Below, piece after piece: positions 24,829 through 38,815 of a stretch of DNA of 64,000 nt. A program made the translations under genes and the position numbers. Each line of letters starts with the position of its first letter. Position 1 is the stretch's first letter. A model generated the notes under the pieces. The model worked only from the letters and a program-made list of their open reading frames with translations, ran no database searches and had not been told where the DNA came from. This DNA is from Octopus bimaculoides (lineage: Eukaryota): positions 8,421,938 through 8,485,937 of the forward strand of contig NC_068998.1 in the NCBI RefSeq assembly GCF_001194135.2, read 5' to 3'.

Positions 24829-26411
24829 CATCATTATTATTGCTCTTTTTTCTTGCAGACTGATTACGAAGATCAGTAAGACTTCAAGAATATAGAAGTA
24901 ATGAACACATAAGAAATTGTGGACTGTGGAACGGATGCTATTTGCAGGCAGTTACTTTCAGAGTGATAGAGTAATAATCTTAGATTAAACGTCAAATATT
25001 CCATAGTTCATAGAACTAAACTGAGATAATCACAAACAGATGTAAAGAACTGGCTGCATTATGAAAGCACTTGCTTAAAAGTTTTTGTTACTTATGCAGT
25101 GATCTCTGTTTCCGTTTCAAAAATAAATTACTCAAGCAGAATAAGTTAGAGGTGAATAAAGACAAATATTAATAAAGATAAATGTGAAGATTACGCAAGA
25201 GATTGTGGAAGAGCTACTAATTTGTGGGTGCTGTTTTGGGTGTAGTAGAGAAATGCCTTAATATACCTAGAGTAAGCGGTAAATATTTCACGGTTTATAA
25301 GACCAAATCAGGACAAAATACAAATAGATTGAAAAGAACTGCATTATGATGGCACTAGATTAAATATTACTGTTAGTTATTTTCGCAATAACTTGTTCTC
25401 GTGGGCAAGATATCTCTAACAAAACAATTACTTTTTCCCTTTAAACTCATTGTTATATTTCAATAACATCAAGACAAAAAAAAAAAATTACAGAAGCTTA
25501 ATAAACAAAAGCAGTTANNNNNNNNNNAAAAAAAAAAAAAATTACAGAAGCTTAATAAACAAAAGCAGTTAAATTAATTTAATTTCAATATATGTTATCG
25601 ATTTCATAATGGAAAAGATTCTTTTTTATATTTTGTATTATTGTATTTTTATGTAACTAGTACAACTTTTAATGGTAATACTCGACACTTATACAACTCT
25701 TAGTTTATCTTTGATCACACTTGGTACTGAAATGTTTAATTTTTCTTTACATGAAGAAACATTAAATTTTATGAAAAGACTTCTGAATTTAATGAGCATT
25801 AGGGAGTAGATCTAAGTCCCAGTATATCTGAATTTTTGCTTTAGTTTTGAAAATTTGAAAGCTTACCTAAATGAAAATGGCCATTAATATTGATTTATTT
25901 TATCATTATATGTTTACTAGAACATACATAAATGGCAGAGATAAAATGAGATTATGTGGTGTTAATGGTTCTCCCAAGAGAAATAGTACGGGAAGTGAAG
26001 CTAGATGATAATACATAGTGACATGAAGCTAGATCATAAGACTTAGCTACATGAATACTTACCTATATAGATTCTACTGCGCACGACAACATTATTTACA
26101 TCAAAATATGTTCATAATATCTACATTTGGCACTGGGCCACCCTGTTTTAACGATGAAACTGATGTATAAATGCGACTGAATCAACACTGGAGTATGACT
26201 GTCTTTTAACATTTCCTTAAGCAGACGACATAGTCATAATCTAGAAGCCAGAGTGTGGAAAGATGAAACTTTATACTAATGATTTCATATTTTTGCACAA
26301 AGCCATCAGTTTCGGAGGACGGGGTAAGACGATTGCATGGACCCAGTTTTCAAACGGTACTTATTTTATAGACTCCAAATGGAAAGTCGAAATAGAAAGT
26401 CGATATCGGCG

Positions 26412-26443
<32 letters not shown>

Positions 26444-26674
26444 TTTTCTACGTAGGTACAAGGCCCGAAATTTTAGGCGANNNNNNNNNNNNNNNNNNNN
26501 NNNNNNNNNNNNNNNNNNNNNNNNNNNNNNNNNNNNNNNNNNNNNNNNNNNNNNNNNNNNNNNNNNNNNNNNNNNNNNNNNNNNNNNNNNNNNNNNNNNN
26601 NNNNNNNNNNNNNNNNNNNNNNNNNNNNNNNNNNNNNNNNNNNNNCCCCAGTATGCAACTGGTAATTAATTTAT

Positions 26675-26967
26675 CTATCGGTCTCTTTTTGCCGAACCGC
26701 TAATTTACAGTAACGTAAATACACCACCATCGGTTGTCAAGTGATGTTGGGGGGGACAAACACAGACACACAAACATATACACACACATACATATATACA
26801 TATATACGACGGCCTTCTTTCAGTTTCCATGTACCAAATCCACTCACAAGGCTTTGGTCGGCCCGAGGCTATAGAAGACACTTGTCCAAGGTGCCACGCA
26901 GTGGGAATGAACTCGGAACCGCGTGGTTGGTAAGCAAGCTAATTACCACGTAGCCACTCCTGCGCCT
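26675..26967 (-). mobile_element. Family-B SINE
   Basis: CAAATCCACTCACAAGGCTTTGGTCGGCCCGAGGCTATAGAAGACACTTGTCCAAGGTGCCACGCAGTGGGA...GCCACTCCTGCGCCT. Confidence 0.9.
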
Positions 26968-29912
26968 ATATATGTGTGTGTGTGTGTATGCACTTTTAGA
27001 CTGACACATAGATAGATAGATAGATAGATAGATAGAAGACACATTATGTAATATAGTAGAGATATATCAACATTAGAATCATTTTAGTTTGTGTTTACTT
27101 AATCAGGGCTGACTTGGGGGCTAAGCAACAAATAAGATTATTAATATTTGTGTATCTTTATTTGCAGCATGTTCCTTAGATGTCGAGTAGTTTGTGCAAT
27201 ATTATTCTCCGACATATTGTTGAAGTATGTTTTCAGGCAGTATGTCTAAATTTATTCCGATAACTCGCTGTGATTATTGGCTATTCTCTAGTGATAGCAA
27301 ACTAATATGTATTTCCTAAGGATTCACCATATCTTCTCAATTGCTAGAGGAATGTTTGACTTGCTAACCTCAAACAACCAACAAATTAAACATCTGGTTA
27401 TCGCACTTCTGTGTAATAGACGTTAGATACTGAAAACTGATATAAAGATTATCGCCTTCAAAATGAAATGTGAAAGAATGTTGCTTCGTATTTCGTATAC
27501 AGAAAACGTTGGATTAAACAAGAAAGATCGGGGGAAAAAAATGCTAGAGTTATTGCAAATCTTGAAATCGTTCTACCATTTGTCAAAACACGGAGAATGT
27601 AGAAATCTTGTTGTGTAACTCGAGAACATGGCACCCAACAACTTAGCGAATAATATGCTCATTTATGTACAATCACTTCCCACCAGGTAGAATGCAAATA
27701 AGATCAACAATTGAAAAATATTACGGTATATATGTTTGCATATATATATATATATATATACATATATATATGGATATGGATATGTATATTTAGACGATTA
27801 ATTGCGGAGCTAGAGAGCATGTATGTTCCTTGTGTGCGCCGACCCGGATTCCGTTTTCGAAATAAAACTTTAAAATTTTACTTCGTTGCACCGTGCTATA
27901 TTCCTCCATCAGAAATTCCTAAGGAGCTCATGATTTAATACCCGAAACAAAAGAAAAAAAAGATTTAAATATTGGCCAAATTATTTTGAATTTCTTCAGC
28001 AGTAGCACGACTTCTGGGCTAACTTGTAGACGGGATCCTATGTGACGATGGGCTGATTATAAACATAAACGTATTTAAAGTCTTGACTTGGTTTAAATAT
28101 TTTAAGCGTCCTGTGAGAATGAGAAAAGACACTTAGAAAAACAAATTAATGTTTCGGGGAAATGTTATTCTATAGGTAACTCCAGGTAATCTACAACTGA
28201 GGAAACTCACGATCAAATTCTTTACAACCACGACAGCCATTTCATTTTATTTTTCAGGAATTATATAAAAATTAATATGAATTGTCTTTTGTTTATTTAT
28301 TTTGAAAAATGAAATGTGTTTTAGAACCAAAGAACAAAACAAACATTGTTTGTTTGTTTGCTTTATTATTTTTTGTTTACCGAATGTTCAGATATTATCG
28401 AGTTAACTTATTCGGAATATTTTATATTTTATAGGTAAAATATAGAAGTATTGTGTGAAAAATATAAGAAATATCTTAGAAATATTTTCAAAATCCGAAA
28501 CAAAGCGTCTTTGCGTTCAAAAAATGTAATACTCAATATTTCTATAAAATAAAAATTTATCAAAAAGCGGTGACAAAGAAAATATATAATATTGGCTATA
28601 AATACGAAAACGATACACACTTTGTAAGATGGAAACTTGTTATGTAACACAAGTAAACATAGAATTGTGTGAAGCGCTAGAATTTATCGATCGTCAACAT
28701 GTATCATAAAGATATGATGAACACGTCCATCGGGTATAAACCCACTTCCCAGTTTCAGCAATGTCATATTTCACAAACAAATAAAATTTCTTGTCTTTAT
28801 GCCGGCTACTTCGCATTTTGGGACAAAATATAAATTCTGTTGTTTTTCCGCTGGTCTGCATATAAATGTTGTCATTTATAATCTTTGTTTGATAGGAATA
28901 TGGCTACCATTATGAATAACACATTATCCTTTATCACTTACGTATTTCATTTATCTGAATGCAGCATTCCTGGAACACCACATTGAAGGGTTACGTCGTA
29001 TAAGTCGATACTTATTATATCGGCCCCATCGCTATGTATGGTCGTATTTATGATCGTATGCTGTGATTTGAGAAGTATTTAGTAGATATCTCTACCTTAT
29101 CAAATGACCACGTATCACTAAATTATATTTATCGCATACAAACACTCACGACTTTCTCTTACTTTGTCAATCTCTAAGTCTCCCACTAATGCAAATTCTA
29201 TTCATCATAAACTTTCATCTCTTCCTCCTTCTCTCTCTCTGTCTTTCTCTCCACATGTCTTAGTTATACACAAATATCGAGTCACACACTCGTATTTCGC
29301 TCTCCCCCTCTCTGTTTTTCTCCCTCTCTCTCTGTCAATTTATATCGAAAACAGACTAAATATTCTGTAGAAAAGTGACAACTAATATTTAGAGTGTTAA
29401 TAATTCTTCTTGTTCTTTTTTCCATTAATTATTTTTCTACAATAAAAAAAGAGATATTCCTATTTCATTTTATTCTGCCCGACCAATTTTAGTTTTGCAG
29501 TCATTTATGTTAAATTTAATGGTGATGTAGCTGTATAGTTAGTTCAAAAGATTGACTTCAAATTAGAAAAGAACAAGTGGAAAATATCTTTCAAGTGAAA
29601 TGACCAAATTAATTTGAAAGTTTAATTAGTTTAAACGTTTCCTAATCTTATTAAATATAATTATATCTGACACAAGTCAGAAGAAAACATAAATCTGAAA
29701 GCAAATGATTCAATATAATTCACTTTTAAAACACATTTCCAAACTTTATTCAAGTACGAATTTTCAGCGAGCGTTGAGCGAATGTGTGTACCTGTATCAA
29801 CGCGTATGTGTGTTAGTGCTTGTGTTTGCGTCTGGATAAAGTTTATTTGTGTCTCCATCTATTTTCCATAAGCATTTCTAAGTCACCTTGATGTTTATTA
29901 TGCATTGTACTC

Positions 29913-30087
29913 AAAGCGACGAGCTGGCAGAATCGTTATCGCGCTGGACGAAATGCTTAGTGGCATTTCGCCCGTCGATACGGTCTGAGTTCATACTCCG
30001 CCGGGATCGACTTTGCTTTTCATCCTTTCGGGATCGATAAAATAAGTACCAGTGAAACACTGGGATCGATGTGATCGACTAGTTCCC
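29913..30087 (+). mobile_element. Family-A SINE
   Basis: GCGACGAGCTGGCAGAATCGTT...TCGACTTTGCTTTTCATCCTTTCGGGATCGATAAAATAAGTACCAG. Confidence 0.85.
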
Positions 30088-30144
30088 AATTGATACGTTA
30101 CGTAACAAAATAGCTGTCTCCAAAATACTCTATAAGTATATTCA

Positions 30145-30183
<39 letters not shown>

Positions 30184-30355
30184 AATCTCTGTATATAAAC
30201 ATATACACACGAATACACACTCATTCAAACAAACACACACAGAAATATGTGTGTGTGTGTCTACACACACACACAGATTCGTATATATATTCTGCGATAA
30301 GAAATAGGAATGCTTATTATATTTTCTCATTTCGCTTTCTTATCTGTGCATGTGC

Positions 30356-30391
<36 letters not shown>

Positions 30392-31263
30392 TTCTTTACC
30401 AATTGTATCATATTAAAACTTATGAATCATTTTAATTCTTGAAGATAAATTCAATATAAGTATTTATAACGTTTGTCTTTAATAAATTTAATCTTTATAA
30501 AATCTTAGTTTATATCATATGATGCCGTTTGTTATTTTTGAAGTCAAATTCCTCTCATTGCTATATATTCTCCCTTTTTCTCTCTCATTATTTATTTATT
30601 TTTTTTTCATTTTGCGAAATTCATTTTGTTTTTGCAATTATATACCTGAAATTTTATCAATTACTGAGTAAATTGTTTTAAAACTTAATTAGTTAAGGTC
30701 GTTTAGTTGTAGTCATAATGAAAAACTTAGTAGTTAATAGAATTATATTTATCAGCAAATATATTTATGTATATAATTACGCTTAAGTATTTCTGCTGCA
30801 ACTAAAGACAATACAAAAATAAATCAAAGCAACACGAACCCATTTGGCTCATTACATGTTAAAGATTAGCTATTGGCATCCTGTGCTTAAGAGATACGTA
30901 TAACGACCTTCACACTCACCATGTGTGTGAGTGAGCGAGTGAGTGAGTGAGTGAGAGCGTCATGAGGGGAGGAAGAGAAAGAGTGTGTATATCTTTGGAT
31001 CTATGTATATTCATACACATACATACAAGCATACACACAATTATATACATACATATATGTATATGTGTGTATGTGCGCGCATGCGCGCGATGCACATATA
31101 AATTTGGTATTCGAGTACTACTTTTTCCCCCGTCTTTAGCAGCTATGGGCTTAGTTGTGTATGCATGTATGTATGTGTATGTTTGCACGTACATATGTAT
31201 ATACAAATATATATATATATATATGTATAATATATATATGTATATACATATCTCTCTCTATCA

Positions 31264-31339
<76 letters not shown>

Positions 31340-32189
31340 AAGAAAGCAGAAGCTGCATGTTAGATGAGATGTGATAAAATATTCACAGGTAACATACCTT
31401 CACACCCATTTACACACGACACACACATTTACACGTGGAATGCATTTAAATGAATGCTGATAGTGAAAGTGCTGAAACCAGATTTTAGGTTCAACATTTT
31501 GCTACAGAATGCATCCTTTTAAGAGGTACAGATACGTGAATGTAACCAGATCATGAATCTTATATGCAGCTGCTCTCTTTCAAGATATAGCATCAGCATC
31601 TTACGTTAATTACATCGTGCATCTTAAAATAATAATTTTAACTTACAGGGTCAATCGCTATTATAGTCATTGATCTTACATTCTATGTTCAAATGATGCG
31701 GAGGTCGACTCTAACTTTCATCCTTTCGGAGTCGACAAAATAAGTAACACTTGATCACAGGCTCAATATAATCGACTGTCTCACTGACCGTAAAATTTCA
31801 GGCTTTGTGGCTATAGTATAAAGGGTTATAGATCTCTTTACATTATGCAGGAAGCGAAATTATAGGGGTTCTTGTTGGAATTTCTATATTTGATTAAGGA
31901 GCATTCTCTGATGAACAACAATAGCAACGAGAACAACGAGGAAGAACTGCAATTATTGTGCATTCTTAGATATACTATAACTGAAGAAATTAACGAATCG
32001 ATGCACGTTTCTAAATTCGCTCCTGTACTCTCTCCAGCCTATTGTGACCCACGCTCTGTCTATACTGTCTTTCATATAAATTAATGCAATTTTTGGGAAA
32101 TGACTTTTTGGGGGGTGGGATGGAAATTGCTTTCCCGCCCTTTTATGAAATTACTGCCTCTACACGTGAACGAATTTTATTGCAGCTGC

Positions 32190-33277
32190 TGCAACCTCCG
32201 CTTGTTTGATATTACGTGTCGCACGCACGATGCAGGTCTTCAAACTGTAGACACTCGAGTGTGGTGAAGCATTGGTCCTTGCTTAAAGTACGCTCCATAA
32301 AAAGTAATCGCGATTTGGGCTATTACTGGGCTAGTTGTTGGCCCTCACACAAAATGGCACCTTTTCACCAAGGAAGGGTTTTGTTCCTTTTGACCCATGG
32401 TATGGTGCAGAATCCTTGATAAGAACCACACTGTTGAGCCCAAACTTCTGCGCTATCGAAGGTAACAAAGAGTTCTTCAGGATGTCCAGATACTCCTTTC
32501 TGCCGATCTTCAAGCCAGACTCAGTGAAGTGTAGATCCATGAAAATTCCATCAATCGCCACGGATCCAAATGCCATCACAGAGGCATGATTCTAAGTCTC
32601 GAACACAGTGGGGACGTCAGAAGGGTTGCGTGCAATCACTCGAGAATTTCTGCAGTTCACCTCAGCATCCACACTGAACTTCTCGTCCACAAACACGACA
32701 GTTTCTCCTGCACCTTGATGCTTGATAAATGATGACAGAAGCCTTGAGAGCATGTCTCGGCTCTGATTGCTTTGACCTTGGCTGTTAGGAGGTGACGGCG
32801 TCGTCGAACATAGTTAGTAATGTCAAGGTTCCTGTTGACAGTTCTGGTCACCGTGGAAAGGGACACATTGCGTTTCTTTGCAAGAGTTCTCAAGGATGCA
32901 GATGGGTTGGTTTCAATCGAGCGTTTGAGGCCAGCGAGAAACTTTGCAATGCGCTTGGGATTACTTCGACTTTTGCATTCTTTTCCATCAATCTTTCCCT
33001 TTACTTTAAATTGTTAATACACACGATAATCTGTTGCATTTTGAAGTCTCATCAACTTAACAATTCTATTCGCAGCGTGCCCGGCGCTCTAAAACAACAA
33101 TGGCGGAACAGTTTTGCTCTACCATGACTTTCTGTTGTTGAGTCAGTTCGCCATTTGCCAGAAATATAAAGTGTGTGATTAGATTTTCAAACGAGCAAGG
33201 TTTTGTCAAAAAACAAAGTGCTGAAGCCATTAAGACAACTGCTTAAAATTGGCCTCAATTTATCTGCAAGACCTATA
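32190..33277 (-). mobile_element. Decayed Tc1/mariner-superfamily transposon, maT (DD37D)-like, one end retained
   Basis: Minus frames read FLAGLKRSIETNPSASLRTLAKKRNVSLSTVTRTV (HTH) ... GETVVFVDEKFSVDAEVNCRNSRVIA ... ASVMAFGSV ... EYLDILKNSLLPSI ... IKDSAPYHGSK ... *PSNSP---NRDYFLWSVL. Catalytic Asp codons are at 32685-87, 32412-14 and 32307-09. Stops and frameshifts are present. The probable 5' end is TATAGGTCTTGCAGATAAATTGAGGCC at 33277-33251. Confidence 0.85.
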
Positions 33278-33548
33278 TTACTCTCTTTCCTTCAGATTCA
33301 ATCCTACTCGTCCTCTTCTATATAATAGCCACATACACAAGATCACATATCAACATTTCGTGCAGTTTGCCTTAGATACACAAATACATTCCCCCTCCCC
33401 CTCTCTCTTTCTCTCTCTTATTCTTTAGCTATCTATTTATTTATCTATCTATCTATCTGTCTATCTACCTATCTTTCTTTCTCCCATCCTTTTTCTTCCT
33501 CTCTGCTGCATAGTGGCCGAGGGATATGTAGATTATACTAAACTATAG

Positions 33549-33579
<31 letters not shown>

Positions 33580-33693
33580 TTCTCACACACATGTCTACAC
33601 AATTCTGTTCATATACTATTACGTTCACTAACTTCTACATACATATTCGATTCGCATATATACTGTAACAAAACTGTACCGAAAAACCCATCG

Positions 33694-33730
<37 letters not shown>

Positions 33731-33980
33731 ATGCACGCCCGCACACGCACACAAACACCCATTTATTGACCTACAATAACCCCCCACACACACACAGATA
33801 CACTAATACACCCTAAAGTTCCCATATGCATACACTAAAACACACAGAAACATACACACAAATATATATATATATAAATGTATATACATATATATGTGAA
33901 TATGTATGCACGTATATATGTATATATATATATATATATATTTATAAATATATATGTATATATATATATATTTATAAATA

Positions 33981-34114
<134 letters not shown>

Positions 34115-34301
34115 TATACATATATGTATGCATGTATGTATGTACATGCATAATTTAATCACTATGACTTTCCCAATCTTCACTTAAAATTCATTTATTA
34201 TTAAATTAATCTATTAAATCTACTTTTATTTTCTGTTTTTTTATTGACTGTCTTATTGATTGTTGATTATTTTCCACTCTCATATTGCCGATGCTTCAAC
34301 T

Positions 34302-34350
<49 letters not shown>

Positions 34351-34842
34351 CTGTTGTTGTTGTTGTGTTGTTTAATGATGGCAGCGATAGTGGTGATAGT
34401 GATGTACCATACTTGATCGTAGCCGTATTGTTTATTGGAGGATAAGTGGTGCGAAGCAGAGTTGGTAATAGTGTAGATGGCGTTAGATGACATATTGTGG
34501 TGGTGGTGGTGGTGGTGGAAATCCTGTTGCTGGTATTGATGATGATACTGGTATTTGTGGTTGAGCTGGTATTGGCTTCGTTATTGTTGTTGTTGTTAGT
34601 AGGGGTCGTGGCACTCGTGGTGGTGTAGTATTCAGATTTTTTTTTTTTTTGCAGTAGCCTTGATAGTGATGACGTCGACGTTATCACTGTAGTGTTATCA
34701 CTGTGATGACGCTGTTGGCGGTGCTTCACACGTTAGGTTTACGGCGGCGGCGGCTGTGTCATTTGTAGTGGGTTGTCCGGAAATTTCGTGCCGATTTATA
34801 GCAGCTTACCTTTCGACGTATTTGCCATGAAACCACCTCTAT

Positions 34843-34978
34843 TCTGGGAAGAGAACTTCGTTAAGGGTACACGTGTCTGTGGAGTGCTCAGCCACTTGCA
34901 CGTTAATTTCACGAGCAGGTTGTTCCGTTGATAGGATCAACTGGAGCCCTCGACGTCGTAAGCGATGGAGTGCCAACA
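34843..34978 (+). mobile_element. SINE tail-2 fragment
   Basis: GAGAACT.CGTTAAGGGTACACGTGTCTGTGGAGTGCTCAGCCACTTGCACGTTAATTTCACGAGCAG is essentially identical to 37813-37880. It ends in (AAC)n. Confidence 0.85.
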
Positions 34979-35091
34979 ACAACAATTCCGGATAAATAAA
35001 TCCAGTATGTCCTTCCTTTCTTATAAATACCAACTTATGATTCTGCGAAAATCTGGCTATTGTCTCAATAGTGGTTCCTTCAGACTACAGA

Positions 35092-35127
<36 letters not shown>

Positions 35128-35791
35128 TTTCTTTTACTTCTTATGATATCATACTAATTGATATTTCAGCGTTCATGATGTTTTAAAGCGATGTAAATAT
35201 TTTAGGTCCAAATATAGGTTTTATTATTATATTTTTCCTAGCGCTTTATGTTGGACTAAATTTTTTTTTTGTTTTTTTTTATTATTATTTGATTTCCGAA
35301 TTCTGCATCACAAGGAATATTTAATTTTAATATTTCATGAAACAAACTATCATATTTATTTATTTATTATTTATTTTTTTTTTTTTTTTTTTACTTTTAT
35401 TTAAAAATTAAGAACGGAGAAGAGTGAATAGTAGTTACTGAGCGAAGGTCGGTCGCTTATGGAGACTTTCAATCCCAGCAGTTTTGTACGTTACTGCAAA
35501 CAATTGCAGCATTGTTGTTTACAATACCAGAGAGATACATTCAACAGTTGAAGCAATTATTGCCAACTCAAATCAAATTGAAGTCAATTTTCAACAGTAT
35601 TGTACATTGTGCAGAAACAACGGTTTTTCAGAACAGACCTTCTAGGCAAATCCTTTCCTTTTGTTTATATAGGAACACGAATTAACATTTAAGAATACCC
35701 AATAGCGTTTATAGGAAATGACAAAATGGAAAAACGCACGCAAAACCGCCTCTGCTCACACACATAAACATATACACATACGCATATATAC

Positions 35792-35827
<36 letters not shown>

Positions 35828-35837
35828 NNNNNNNNNN

Positions 35838-35874
<37 letters not shown>

Positions 35875-36071
35875 GCACACACATGTATATATATAAAAAC
35901 ATATATATACATAAACATATATATAAATATGTATTTGCACATGCATATATATATACATATATGTATATAAATATATATACATATATACATACAAATATAT
36001 ATATATACATACATATGTATATATATATATATACACATATTTCTCTATATCCAATTATATATGCCTGTCCT

Positions 36072-36121
<50 letters not shown>

Positions 36122-37627
36122 CCTATATATATACATGTATAGATAGATATAGTTAGATACATACATAGTTACATACATACATGCATACATACATACATAC
36201 ACATACGCACAAATACAAACATACCCATATACACATATACATATAACAAAGTGACGGATCTCTATCAAGTATAAATATTCAACGTTTAAATTCTAAATTC
36301 TTGTTTCTTGAAAGGTAAATGAAATTCTGTTTTGCTTTTATACGTATGCATATGTAAATAAAATATGTACGTTAAGTATTATTTAAGTAATTTTTTTTTC
36401 AATATGCCAAGAGAGACATTATGGAGTATATATGCATGAATACATGTGAAAATACATACATGCATACGCACAAATATATATATATATATATATGACCGAA
36501 GGGTGTATCTCGGAGGGGGAAAGATTAATCATATATAAAAAGCTCTTACTAATAAACCTGTGTATATGTATATGTTAAATGAGATGTACGTATATGGAAG
36601 AATGTGTTTCACGTGAATATATATATATATATGTATGAAGGAAAGTGCAAGTATGGAATGCTACAAAATTATGCATTCGTATACATATACATACACTCTT
36701 GTACGTATGCTAAGATGAGAAGAAACAGAAACAAATACTATTTATATAAATGGAACCGACGAACACACTTTGACAATTTGAATAACATGATATACAATTC
36801 AGAAATAACTGACTCACTAAAATGAGAACTGGAGGCTAAAATAACGCAAGAATGTATATATTTTCCATTGACAGAATATATGTTCATTGCCTAAGACTAA
36901 ATAAATATTTATATATTTATTCCATATAAATACTTTGGTATTATTATCATTATTGTTGTTGTTGCTTCTGCTATTTTGTTCCTGCTGTTGTCGTTGTTTT
37001 CCCATTTCTTGTTCGTCTAACGACACGTATTGCAAATCGATCCCCTGTGTTTGTTGTTGTTTACATTGTTACACAAAGTTATATATTGTACATTTCTTAT
37101 CATTATATATATAAACTGATCTGGACTTTAGGTTAAATTGGGGTTTCCTTAATAAAATCCCCCCCCCCCAATTTTAGTTTCAAAAGGGAGATGGCGACGT
37201 GGGTTGTTCGAACGCTGAAAAGAACACAGTCGTTCGCAGAACAGATCATCCAAATTGCAAAAGTCAGTGACCGCAGCAGCGGCTGCAACAACAACAGCAG
37301 CAGCAGCAACAATAACAACATAGCACGAAAATTGTATGAAAGTAAAACGCACCACCACCAATACTGTCACCTATACATCATTAATGAAAAAATACATGAA
37401 GATAGAAAACAGACCATGCAAATCCGTTGTTAACGGTTTCGCCGATGCGATGCAGCAAAATCCTCCCCAGGACATATCAATTACTGCTTGTAGTGATTAC
37501 AAGAAGTGGGTACCGAAACCTCTCAAAGCAGCTCAGACGTTTTCAACTGTCTGACACTTGCGTCGATATATTCAGCTGACACCTCCTTCAAAATTTCAGG
37601 TGTTCAGCCTATATTAGGAAGAATTGT

Positions 37628-37936
37628 GGAGGTGCAATGGTCCAGCGGTTAGGGCAGCGGACTCGCGGTCGTAGGATCGCGGTTTCGATTCCCAGAGCGG
37701 GTGTTGTGAGTGTTTATTGAGCGAAAACACCTAAAGTTGCACAAGGCTCCGGCAGGGGATGGTAGTGAACCCTGCCGTACTCTTTCATACTCTGTGTCAC
37801 GCTGAAACTCCTCGAGAACTACGTTAAGGGTACACGTGTCTGTGGAGTGCTCAGCCACTTGCACGTTAATTTCACGAGCAGACTGTTCCACTGATCGGAT
37901 CAACTGGAACCTTCGTCGTAACCGACGGAGTGCCAA
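37628..37936 (+). mobile_element. tRNA-derived SINE, family C (head C + tail 2), full length
   Basis: A-box-like TGGTCCAGCGG (37638) and B-box-like GGTTTCGATTCC (37681), then body and tail as in 13118-13391. Confidence 0.9.
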
Positions 37937-38067
37937 CTAGGAAGAATTATTATTATTGTTGCTATTGTTGTTTTCCTTTACACTCAGGTTGTGTTAGAAC
38001 TTCTGGAGCCTCATATTCGTAAAGGGCTTGCCAACTGTAGCATATCGCACCATGCTGTCTGTTATTT

Positions 38068-38400
38068 TCAATTACCTTATACTTTCCTGACGATACTTGC
38101 CGTGCCAAGGAGGCAAACCTTTTGCAACAGCTCTACAGGGCCCTCTAATCCCATTTTCTTTATATTCCTTTAGATGTATTCTGATATTGTCTCCTAGGAA
38201 CCAACAATAATTGGTATGGTATTCAACTTGTACATGTCTATTTTTCGAATACATTGTTAAATATTTATCGATCAAAGAGGCACACATCAATTATGGAGCA
38301 GAAATAGTCCATCTTGTCTACCACCGCATGATCCAGCCTGCTGTGCTCAAGCACCTGGTCTTTTGGAATTGGGAAATTATTCCTGGTGGCGTCTCCTATT
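38068..38400 (-). mobile_element. R4/Dong-type non-LTR retrotransposon, C-terminal restriction-like endonuclease fragment
   Basis: Minus frames read NNFPIPKDQVLEHSRLDHAVVDKMDYFCSIIDVCLFD... and IPIIVGS*ETISEYI*RNIKKMGLEGPVELLQKVCLLGTASIVRKV. These match the RLE motifs WDF.I.TD..LEHNRPDIVVVDK....LIIDV and VIPIVIG.LG...LQK..LLGTA.I.RKVL. Confidence 0.75.
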
Positions 38401-38594
38401 CTCAGTTATTTAACTAGCTCTGGAGACCTAAAAAAAAACAATCATCACTGAATTAAGAATTCATTGGTTATTAGTGATACATTTACTCGTTGTTACTGTA
38501 ATCCATATACAATCAACTGGCAGATATGTGTGTATGTATGTATGTACATGTGTATATATATTCATACCGTCTACATACACATGTACATACAGAC

Positions 38595-38815
38595 ACGTAA
38601 GATTGTGGTTTCGATTCCTGGACCGGGCGATGCGTTGTGTTCTTGAGCAAAACACTTCATTTCACGTTGCTCCAGTCCACTCAGCTGCCAAAAATGAGTG
38701 ACGCTGCGATGGACTGGCGTCCCATCCAAGTAGGGAACACATACGCCATTGAAACCGGCAAACCGGGCCCAGGAGCCTGCCTAGGCTTTAACAAGGGTGC
38801 ATTTATTATTTATTT
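38595..38815 (+). mobile_element. SINE with head/body D + tail 1
   Basis: TTCGATTCCTGGACCGGGCG..GTTGTGTTCTTGAGCAAAACACTTCATTTCACGTTGCTCCAGTCCACTCAGCTG, then GACGCTGCGATGGACTGGCGTCCC...GGGAACACATACGCCAT, which is shared with 62021-62130. Confidence 0.85.

Noticed and set aside
25470-25571. Direct repeat (A)n-TTACAGAAGCTTAATAAACAAAAGCAGTTA on both sides of a 10-N gap
   Set aside because: Typical unmerged contig overlap, so an assembly artefact.
26055-26064. ATACTTACCT, the U1 snRNA 5' end or a perfect minus-strand donor site
   Set aside because: No further U1 similarity follows. The candidate upstream minus-strand exon has stops in all three frames.
34280-34729. 149-aa Thr-rich mucin-like ORF
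   Set aside because: It is built from (TAG)n, (TGG)n and (TTG)n tracts plus a poly-T run. It lacks an ATG start with a signal peptide and has no other coding evidence.
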